This document shows positions 12,594 through 22,157 of a stretch of DNA of 23,453 nt, piece by piece. Positions within the stretch are counted from its first letter, which is position 1; the number at the start of each line of letters is the position of its first letter. The translations under genes were made by a program, and so were the position numbers. Source of the DNA: Bugula neritina (Eukaryota > Animalia > Bryozoa). Where the stretch lies: contig CAXIUT010000048.1 of the NCBI GenBank assembly GCA_964035545.1, positions 1 to 23,453 on the forward strand, given 5' to 3'. The notes below the pieces were generated by a model. It ran no database searches, was not told the origin of the DNA, and worked only from the letters and a program-made list of their open reading frames with translations.

Positions 12594-13565
12594 ATGTAAC
12601 CTAAATTTTCAGTTGCTTCTTTGTTCAAAGGAGTACTTTCGGATAAAGATATCTATCCTAAAATAGCAGGCAATTCTTCTAGATAGATCTAAAGTGCTGT
12701 AGCAATTATTTTCAGACATCCTCATCATGAATATGTCCCATCAAAAAGTCAAAGATATCTCAATTAAATATAAAATCAAATAAATTACATTCTTGATACT
12801 TAAATTCTTTTTCTACAAAGAATCTAAGATTTTAAAGCCTACTCAGGTGATATATGTTTTCCAGGAGGCAAAACTGATCCTAATTAAAATCCTCTAGAAG
12901 CAGCTATCAGAGAAACAAAAGAAGAAACAGGCATCTAAATAAAATAACATGAGCTCTTAGGTATGATAAATAAGAAGTTTTTTACTGTGCCAAGAGGAAA
13001 AGGTTATTTAGTAACCTATGCATATGTTTTTTTGCTTGAAAGAGCAGTAAATATTAATCTTAATTAAAAATAAATGGTTAGTTATAAATGGATTCCTCTT
13101 CGATATTTTAGACAAAATAAAGTTTACACCACCCTTAAGACTCCCTCAATCTTTTCAAAAAAAGGTTTGAATCAAAGCACTTTAAATCAATAAGTTTAAT
13201 CAGTAGAATGGGCTTCTCTAGATCTTGGTTTTACTAAATCATTGTATGGTCTATCGTTATACATTTTGGGCCATTTTACAAATAAGTTTATCCCAAAAAT
13301 CATGAAAAAGTACTTATCTTATTGTTAATTGGAATAATCTTAACTTTAGAAGTTAAGTTAAAATGAAAAAGATAAATATTTATACCTGAAACAAGACCTT
13401 TAATAATCTTTAATATATGCGATTCGTTTTAAAAATTTGTATTTCAGTGTTACTAAACTTCACTTTAAATAAAATTCTAAACTAACACAAAAACAGAAAT
13501 AAGAATAACAGCAAAAGTTTATTTAAACTATGAAGCTTTATCTTCCAAAACGACCTCGTCTTTGA
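12594..13565 (+). CDS. Nudix hydrolase, CoA diphosphatase-like (NUDT7/PCD1 type), possible PTS1 (-PRL), 323 aa
   Basis: SAVAII and ILFLQR...YSGDICFPGGKTDPN[TAA=E]NPLEAAIRETKEETGI (Nudix box), then KWIPL and LYGLSLYIL. Ends PKRPRL-TGA. Confidence 0.92.
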
Positions 13566-13697
13566 TTTAATTTGATATATTATTAATTGAAATATTAAAG
13601 TATCAAAATATTAAAAGATTAATACAAAGATATTTTGTTTGAGCTGAAGCTATGTAAGTAACGATAAAAAGTATTTTTACATTTATTGATACTATAA

Positions 13698-14141
13698 ATG
13701 TTTAAATTAAAAAGTAGAGCATCTTAGGACGAAATAACGTCACCAATTGGAACTAAAAAGGTCTTATAATCTGTCAGCAGAAGCAGTACTTAACGGTCTC
13801 AAAAAAAAAGAATCACAAAAGTAAATAGATTTAGCAATTGTAAATATGGAGTGCCCATCGATTCCAAAATTGTCTAAGTCACAGCATCAATTAAGAGAGA
13901 ACAGTTTCAAGATAAACTTAACTAAATTAACTAAGTTTTTGCAAATGGTGTAGATCAAGGACTCAAAGTGTTCCATTAAGGCAGTGCGGAAAAATAGGTG
14001 TTTTTTGGGGAGTTCTTCTTCACCTTTTTGTCTCTGTATTCTACCTATGTGGTTCTAGCCTTGTAGAGACACTGAGTACAGATGTGTTCAATGCTGGCAA
14101 TCTAAAAATAGATTCCTGCTAAATTGTGTTTCTGTTCTTGA
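13698..14141 (+). CDS. Hypothetical protein with weak Erf4/GOLGA7-like resemblance; ends at TGA14073-75, or at 14141 if that TGA is sense
   Basis: A-rich frame from ATG13698 containing IKREQFQDKLNEINEVF and a hydrophobic segment. Coding-like composition continues past TGA14073 to TGA14139. Confidence 0.45.
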
Positions 14142-14189
14142 TTTATTATACCCTAAATCATTTAAAAATATATAGATATTTTATAGATA

Positions 14190-14526
14190 TCATTGAAGAT
14201 CAATTTTAGAGATTTCATTCCGGATAATATATTAGAACTTGCTAAAACATTGAATAATGCCTGAAGGTTTGATTTATCTCTAAATTTGTACGCATTAGTG
14301 TATTTCATGGGTCATTCTGTCCAAAAATTTATCTACTTACCGATTAACTTCATCATAGGCAGTCATAGCTTCACTGGCGCATTTGTAATCAGGACATTCT
14401 TTCATTATATTTTGAAATTTAGACTATCGCATTTTTTTTAATCTTTTTAAGAGTACCTTCCATAATATACATAAATCGTTTTCGCTATTTTTATAACTCC
14501 TTCCACTATGATTTCTTAAGACTCAT
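14190..14526 (-). CDS. Small Cys-containing helical protein, FAM136A/DUF842-like; needs a 28-nt intron (14443-14470) or a 1-nt correction in the A8 run
   Basis: MSLKKSEWKELEKERKRF...KKMRESKFQNIMKECPDYKCASEAM...REVDKFLDRMTHEIHEC. EVDKFLDR resembles FAM136A ELEKFQDR. Confidence 0.5.
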
Positions 14527-14594
14527 AATTAATATTAGCACTTTAATCAACTAATTATTGTTATCAAGTACAATATTAAAATTTGATAACAATT

Positions 14595-17500
14595 ATGCTT
14601 TTAGAACAATAAAATTTGAAAATTTGGGTCTCTTCGGGTCATCTCAAAATAAAAAGAGATTCGTAAGCTTTATAAAACTATCTACTTTCAGTCATGAAAC
14701 TATACGGACCTTATTCAAAACTAACTCTTGGTACTCTCAAAGGAACCATTACTAATTTCCTCATAAATGATATCAATTTTAAATCAAGTAGTATGATCTT
14801 TATGTTAACAATCCCTCTCTCATCTCAGTTAATGATCTAATAAGATAACTTATTCTTTTCTTTGTAGTTTAAAAAAGTCTGAAACCTGAAGATTTAATAC
14901 AATTAATAACTTAAGTCTTGAATAAAAATCTTTAGGAAAATAAAGTAGCAGCTAATTATGGTATGATCGATCTCTACCCTACAGATCTAAATAAATATAC
15001 AAAGATGATCAAGGAATATTTTAAAAGCAGTAAAAGAGAGTTAGATATAACACTAAATAAATTAAATTCAGAAGATTATTTTTCCAATTTCAGTTGAAAT
15101 GAATAAAAAAACCATTAGTATTGATACTATTACAGCTATTCACTCGAACAAATAATTAAAAGCAGCGTGTTAAAGGCTCAGGATACCCTTAATTTTATCA
15201 AAAGATAGCCCTTAATAGCTCTTTGATACTATTTACTATTCTGGTATTAACAGTTAACTTTCAAAAAAAATCATATGCAGTTCTACTTATCCAGCTTATT
15301 TGTAAAAACTTTATAAAATAATCTCAAAAATAGTTCTTCGCAATAATGAAATAACTATTGAAAATGAATTAACTAAGCTATACAATTACCTCTAAGAAAA
15401 GAAAGAAAACTATTTAAATAAATTCAGATAAATTGTTTAATCTTATTATTCAATGAAGAAATAAAAATTAATATAAAATGTATAGGTCTAAGAAAAGGTA
15501 AGTTCTGTGTTAATATCTCTAGTTCGAGATGTTAAAAATCAATTTGTTTAGCTTTAAATTTAAAAAATATCGAAATCAGTTTAAAAAATAATAAATCAAA
15601 GATAGATCTCTAGAAAAAATAAAAAAAAGATTTAATCTTCTTTTTCATAAAGCTGTTAACTAAAAAATGTAGATACATATTAACATACAAAATCTATATC
15701 GTCAGAAAGGTCAAATAGTATCGTATCAGATGATGAATCTATCAAAATAATAAAAATATATAAATTATCTTCTTTAGAACAATCCTAATTTAATCGATTA
15801 TCACCTTGGAAAAAAAGATAAACTAATCAAAGTTTATTTTTAAGTAAATAATAAAAAAGTTTGTTCTTTCCTTTTGCAAGTCAAAATAAGGAAAATAATA
15901 TAGATTAGATATAAAAAAACAATTTTATTAAAACTTCTAAAACAATCTAAAGTATGATGAAATAGTCATCTTTAAATAGTCTTATCAATGAATAATCTGA
16001 GATTGGTCTGACTAAAAATCAAGTCAATCATCTAGACACTCGAAAGATGAAGTAATTATAAAAATAGAGAATGCATAAATATAAAAGTAGGTACAGATAA
16101 TGACGAATCCTTTTGATATTAATCAATGTATTAAGCATCAAAATAAACTAAGAGTTGTCTTAATAATTTTATCTAAACAAAAAATAAGCAACGTTTCCTG
16201 TTAAAAGATAAGTAAAATTTGATCATAAAGATTGCTCAATCAATAAGATAGTTGCTCATAAGAATAGACAATATAAGAATGTGGAAATATCTTTCCTAAC
16301 TTTTGAAGTAAACTAGATTATGTAAAATTACTAAATTTATTTATAATTTAACATTTTTGGTTAAAATTCTTACAAAAACATAAAAACTTACCTTGAATTT
16401 CCAATAAAGTTAAATCATTAGCGAGCATTATCTTAAATTATTACTCAATAGTGTATTAAATCATAGTTTTCTGAATCAATTCTAAATTAAGCTATGCATT
16501 TCAGTCTTTTCGAATGTATTTAATTTGTTCTAAAAAATCTTGTTTGCTAGCTAAGATATCCTTAATAAACCATCTATTTCTACTTAAAAATGCTCTATGA
16601 TAAATATACTTTATATGAGAATGAATAAGTTTTGACTTAAATAGTAAAGAATCTATAAATATCTTTTTCTATATCTTCTCTTCAATCTAAGTACATTATA
16701 TATTTTTTCTATTCTTTATTCAGATATAAAGCATTGGGTAACTATCTTAGTAGTAATTTGCATAAAAAAGTTAAATTTTAAGATCACTATCTCTTTCAAT
16801 GTCCTCATTAAAAATATAGATCTTTATTAGTTCTCTAATAATTTATGACATTGCTCACATCATTCACCTTATCTTCTTACATCCAACGAATACTTCTTTA
16901 ATTATCAACAATATCAGTCTAAGTATGAAAAATCAAAGACCCTAAAATATATATCTAATACTTTATCTTATTTCCTATTTTGCTCCTCTGAATATTCTAT
17001 AGATACTTTAAAATCTAATTAAAAAATAATTTCATAGCAATCCCTTACTGACTGCAGTTGAATACTTCAATATTAAAATGATATTTATTTTGAGAAGATT
17101 ATAAGAAAAGGCCATTAGTTATAAAGAAAGATTCAAGTAATCTTTAATTTTCTAGATGAACTGATTGTTCTATGTCATAAAAAGCCTTTAAATAAAAAAC
17201 GTAAGTTATAATTTGCAGACCGTCAATAAATTAAAAAAATGTGTTTACAAATTCCAAATTAAAAATAACCTAGTAAATGGGGTTTCTTTTATTTATCTGC
17301 TTAAAGAGCTATACAGTGTTTCTTATGGATTTTTTGATCTTTTGACTAATATTTAGCTTACTTTTAGTACCTATTTAGATAAGAGTAGCTATATTAATTA
17401 TCTTATAATTTTAATCAAAAATCCTTTAACGGCATTTGAACAAATTGAACTCAGTAGAATCTTTGTTTAAAAATAAATCACTCAAGATAAATTAAAAATA

Positions 17501-18040
17501 TTCATTCATAATATTTTACATGATAATCTCAATGATTATAATATATCTTACCTGAAAAATCTTATTGATTTTTTCATCAAAGAAAGATATCTTAAATTTT
17601 AGTAAATAGAAGCAATGCTAGATTTTATTGATAAATTTGTAGGACTATAAATAGGAAAAAATCAAGATAAAATAGATTTTGCTGATTGGATTTTTAGAAA
17701 ATATTTATAAGGGTTTAATTTAATTTTATTAAAGCAAAATGGAGAACTACAAAAAATAGGAAACATAAAACGGTTTTATCATATTGTATCGATAAATAAA
17801 AAGTGAGAAGTTTAAGTCTTATATAGTATAAAAGTTGTACAAATAAATTCGAAATAGCAGTTTTTACAATTGATGAAATATGTACGAAACTGCCTTATAA
17901 AGGCAATCAGTAACGCAAAGATATAATTAAATAAATTAAAAGAGCTATAAATCAGAGAAATAAAATCTATGGAAGATTGCTCAGTAGACATCAATGTTGA
18001 TGAACAAGTATTTTAAAAGAGCAAAAGTTCATAATATTGA
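14595..18040 (+). CDS. Large protein (~1100 aa) with an N-terminal PH-like domain; several in-frame TGA codons; exon structure at 16700-17160 unresolved
   Basis: One frame runs from ATG14595 to at least 16925, broken only by TGA at 14880, 14919, 14964, 15006 and 16101. A second frame runs 17156-18040, broken only by TGA17162 and TGA17804. Probable 19-nt intron at 17137-17155. PH-like sequence SGHLKIKR...IPLSS...FFSLEFKKV[TGA]NLKIEYNEELKS[TGA]IKIFRKIKE. Confidence 0.6.
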
Positions 18041-18101
18041 TTTTAATTAGCAGTATTTTTATCAGTGTTAATCTTGTTTAATATGAACCATTCAATATAT
18101 A

Positions 18102-18176
18102 GGGGTTGGGGGTGGGGGTTGGGTTGGGGGTTGGGGTGTGGGGTTGGGGTTGGGGGTTGGGGGTTGGGGTTGGGGG
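18102..18176 (+). repeat. Internal degenerate telomeric tract (GGGGTT)n
   Basis: About 12 units of G3-5T1-2 in the same orientation as the right telomere, 61 nt after the TGA at 18040. Confidence 0.93.
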
Positions 18177-19393
18177 CTGCACTGGACATTAAAGTGCATT
18201 TGCCCTTGGAGAACAACAGCCAGAACTAGTTGCCACTGTTCCCAATGGAAAAAAATACACTTTAAGTAAATCATTAGTTATTCTTAGATTATGACGGAAG
18301 AAAATTCTACATTGCCTCAATCAAAGGTACTGCCTATGAAATGGGACTTGCCTATGGACAGCTCATGAAATAAGAACTCAAAGTTATGCAGAAATAATTT
18401 TATGGATGGGCTGCAGGATATATTGCCAATAATGTCACCCAAATTGGAATGCTCCCCAAATGGATGAGAATGGATATTGGAACTGAAGCTGTTTCCCTTG
18501 TCAAAAGACTACTTGACTTGAACTATGTCATCACCAAAAAATATACCCCTCAAAGATGGGAAGACTAGTTCAGAGGAGTTGGAAAGGGATCAGGTATTCC
18601 AACTAAAACCTGGAGAAGACTCAGTCTCATTCCAGAACTTCTTAAAGCCTCATGCAGCATTGGAGGATGGTGGGGATCTGCCACAGAAACTGGCAAACTT
18701 TTACAGCTAAGATCTCTTGATTGGGAAGAACATGCACCTATTGCTAAATTCCCAATGATCACTGTCTATCATCCTAGTGAAAAAGGATCAGTTCCCTTTG
18801 CTAACATCGCTTGGGTTGGATTCTTTGGTAGTTTGACTGGATATTCTTCAGCTAAAATTGGTATTTCTGAACGTTTAAGAGGAGGACCTTCAAACACAAT
18901 GACTAGATTCGGTAAACCTTGGACCTATGCCTTGAGAGATGTTCTTCAATTCTCAAAAACTATTGATGATGCTCTTAAAAACCTCAATTAAACTGACAGA
19001 ACTTGCTCAGTCTATCTCGGTATTGGATCAAGTGTCAATAATACCTACAGATTGATCAAATATTCTCATACTGAATTCGATGTTTTTGATGATACTAACT
19101 GGGCTCATGGAGGAGTTCATCCAGAAAAAGCAGGAATGATCTGGAAAGCTTATCATGATGATAAGGCTTGTTTTGCTAACCATTTCGTACCACAATATGG
19201 CAAAATTACCCCAGAAGATATTTGGAGAAGAGCTGTTCCAAGAGCTGAAACAGGAGACTCTCAAGTGATAGTTATGGACTACTCCAACAACCATATCTAT
19301 GCTATGTATCCTAATCCTATCACTCATGAACCAGGATACAACAGACCTGCCATCAAGATCGACCTAAATCCTCACTTTAATGAACAATGGTGA
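18175..19393 (+). CDS. dcd1-like / acid-ceramidase-like Ntn hydrolase (peptidase C45-like), 5'-truncated at the telomeric tract; intron 18266-18287
   Basis: GTAYEMGLAYGQL, TPQRWED[TAG]FRG, PELLKASCS (Cys nucleophile), LLQLRSLDW, FANIAWVGFFGSLTGYS and GKPWTYALRDVLQF. There is no ATG or signal peptide upstream. Confidence 0.88.
18266..18287 (+). other. 22-nt spliceosomal intron
   Basis: GTAAATCATTAGTTATTCTTAG; its removal restores the dcd1-like frame. Confidence 0.8.
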
Positions 19394-19587
19394 TTCTAAA
19401 AAACATCTAAATATCTCTTTTTAGTTTTTTTTTAATAAGAAGTTTACTTTCTATATCTGATAAAGGCTTAGTTAAATTTTAAACATTTTTTTTTGAAGAT
19501 AAGATAATTAATAAAAATAGAATTTAGACATTAAATTGTTTTAATTCGTTAAATATTTAAAGATTATTTCAAACAAATCGAATCATT

Positions 19588-20649
19588 TCAACATGTTAAT
19601 CTTTTAAGAATTCCAATACTGTATCTGGCAACTAGTCTTTCAAAAATACAAGAATAGATTAAGGACAAACCTAACATGGTACAGATATAGAATATAACCA
19701 AACTTTTAGAATTTTATCCAAGAGCAGTATATCCTACATATTATTGAAAACCTTAAATATCAAAATTATGAGAATAAGTTTGGTAAGAATCTCTTCTGTT
19801 CTTTGCCACAAAACTGCTAAAAGCTGTTTTAAATATCATCTAACTTGAATCGTCTGTAAAATAATATCTCTTCAAATAATGCAAAAATATATAACTCACC
19901 ACATCCTGAATACCCATTACCTACCCACTCTCATCAATCGATTCTTTAGGTTTAAATGTTTGTCTAGCAGTATGAGTTACTACTCTTCTAGTATGACTTC
20001 CATTCTTATCATGATATGTTTCGTAGTGATAACATTCTATCCAAAACCTGAAAAACCCTTGGCCTTTAACCATTCCATTGTAAGTGTCTTCGTATTAGTC
20101 AAACCTCCGAATATTTTGAATGTAATCTTTGATATCACTACAACAGCAAGCTGAAATTAAGTACATGAAGTAAAGGCCACCCAAAAGACCAAAAGCAAGT
20201 TCAGCTCTTAAAAACTTATTGAGACCTATTATAGCTATAATTAACCATGCTAAAAGCAGAAGGTTAAATACCATAATACGAAAATACCATGAAGGAGGTT
20301 ACTTGATAGGCATATTTCTTTAAGTAAAAGTTGGATCTCTAATATTGAAAAACATAGGTCCAAAACCATTTGCAATACCTTGATTACAAGTTGCAAAAAC
20401 ATTTGCATTAGGAGCCTACATTATTAGAGGTTGTTGAGGATATTGTTGAGGATATTGTTGAGGTTGTTGAGGATATTGTTGAGGTTGTTGAGGATATTGT
20501 TGAGGAAGGTTTTGTTATCTTGGATAATTTGGAGGGTATTGTTTGGTGTTAGGAGCTAGTTATTAAGGTCTAATACTTTGAGTCTTTATCTAAGGTATAT
20601 TATGAAGCTAGTAGTTACTTTTTTCGAAATCAAGATCAGTCGGGTTCAT
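19588..20649 (-). CDS. TMEM151-like membrane protein with a Pro/Gln/Tyr-rich N-terminus (353 aa)
   Basis: Two hydrophobic helices, then IECYHYET...RRVVTHTA and DIEGF, with a C-terminal hydrophobic segment. The 1062-nt frame is uninterrupted. Confidence 0.8.
20428..20505 (-). repeat. Coding tandem repeat (PQQ/PQQY)x7
   Basis: CCT CAA CAA (TAT) units; all 14 Gln codons are CAA. Confidence 0.9.
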
Positions 20650-20784
20650 TTTTTTCAAATAAAATATATTTTTATAGCTTTCCAAAATTATCTAATAAAT
20701 ATTTTTTTATTAGAAATATTTTGAAAAAGAACAATAATTTTTAAATTGACTTAATTGATAAATAATTAAATATACTAATTATTA

Positions 20785-22140
20785 ATGCCTAAACATAACA
20801 ATATTTAACGATATAAAGATCATCTCGATACTCTTTTTAATTTCTCTTTCTCACAACCTAGACTAAAAAGTCATCAAAATCAGCCTTAATAATATCAAAT
20901 TATTCCTTCATAAAAAAGATCTCTCGGCATGTTGATCAAAACTTTTCTATAGCCTCATTCAGATTAGTTCATTCATGCAACTAAAAATCTTAAAAAACTT
21001 TCTATCATCGAACTCAATCTCTACATTCTAAAATACTACTCACATTACAAAGTTATCATTAGATTTTACATCATTGCTACTCTCATAGATTATTAACAAA
21101 TTTCATCAGTTCAATAATACTCTTAATAAAAAATAAGTAAAGAATGTGTTTTTACTAATATCATAATAGAAGAACTATCAAATAGATTTTTTAGATAAAG
21201 TCAATGGCTGCATAGAATTAGTCATCTACCCAGTTATTTCATCTTCTCTATTTTTGATCCCTTCTTTAAAGGATATACAACTATTAGTTAAATTAAAATG
21301 ATTCATTAGAAACAGTTAGTTTTTTAACCTATTTCCAGCAAAAATAGTAAAAAAGACAAATAAAAAGAAAAATATTCGAAAAAAGGACATAAACTGTTAC
21401 AAAAGAAATTTTCAAATAATCTCTCAGGGAAAGATTCGAGAATTTATCAAGAGAATTTAATATAGTTAATGTTAAGAGTAAATTTAGTCATATTCTAATA
21501 GTCTTATGATAATAAACATTTTTAGTAAGGTTCTAAAAGATATCAAATCATCAATACTATCATCCAAAGACATGTAGAACAAGAAAAATAATATTTATAA
21601 CACAAATGTCTTAAAGAACTTACTGAAAGCAGAAAAGCCAGATAGTAGTTGCAAATGATGAGATAAGACTATTAGATAAAGCAGAAAGCATAGATAATGA
21701 CTAAAAAATAATTAACAAGTTAGTATTATCCAGAAACAGATAAAAAACCATTTAATTCAAGTTTATTCAATCAGGTATCTCAAAGAACTGATGAAAATAA
21801 TAGATTTATCTTTTCAAAAAATTAATAAATCTAATAAAATTATACAAAATGGCCATTATCAGATAGACAACATAATTTAAAATAATATAATCACTATTAG
21901 TCTAAATATGACTACCCCACTACTATTAACGTATATTTCAATGATATTTAGGATGGAAAAGATGTAAAAGAAAATAAACTATCGAATACTATTCAATATT
22001 CAGATGAACTATAAAATAATATCATTAAAATAGAAAGAAATAAAGATAAACTTAGTATCAGAAATATCATTTTAAATGAACTTAAACTCATCAAAACTAT
22101 GAAAAGATAAAGTCATATCAAATTACTTTAACATATCTGA
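20785..22140 (+). CDS. Hypothetical protein (451 aa)
   Basis: 1356-nt ATG-to-TGA frame with no internal TGA. Confidence 0.75.
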
Positions 22141-22157
22141 TTTATTTAATATTTAAA

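Noticed and set aside
14768-15097. Euplotes-style stop-codon frameshifting or paired indels into an alternative open frame (14771-15094)
   Set aside because: It needs two compensating shifts and would lose the PH-like C-terminal helix. Staying in frame with TGA=Trp is simpler, though the alternative is not formally excluded.
14880-17806. Selenocysteine as the meaning of the in-frame TGAs
   Set aside because: There are no redox motifs (CxxU or similar), the contexts fit Trp, and the very short AT-rich 3' regions show no evident SECIS.
18092-18274. Pro-rich minus-strand ORF (PQPPTPNPNP)
   Set aside because: It is a translation of the internal telomeric tract plus antisense of the dcd1-like gene.
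6001-20154. Most ORFs in the supplied six-frame track
   Set aside because: They were computed with TAA/TAG as stops. They are antisense or off-frame shadows (e.g. 6001-6345, 6074-6400, 7667-7900, 19879-20154) or fragments of longer genes (10105-10299, 11639-11851, 18755-18991, 19052-19393).
20428-20505. Tandem repeat as a CRISPR array or mobile-element repeat
   Set aside because: It has no spacers and is an in-frame PQQ(Y) coding repeat in a eukaryotic gene. No transposase, rRNA or tRNA was recognised anywhere in the window.
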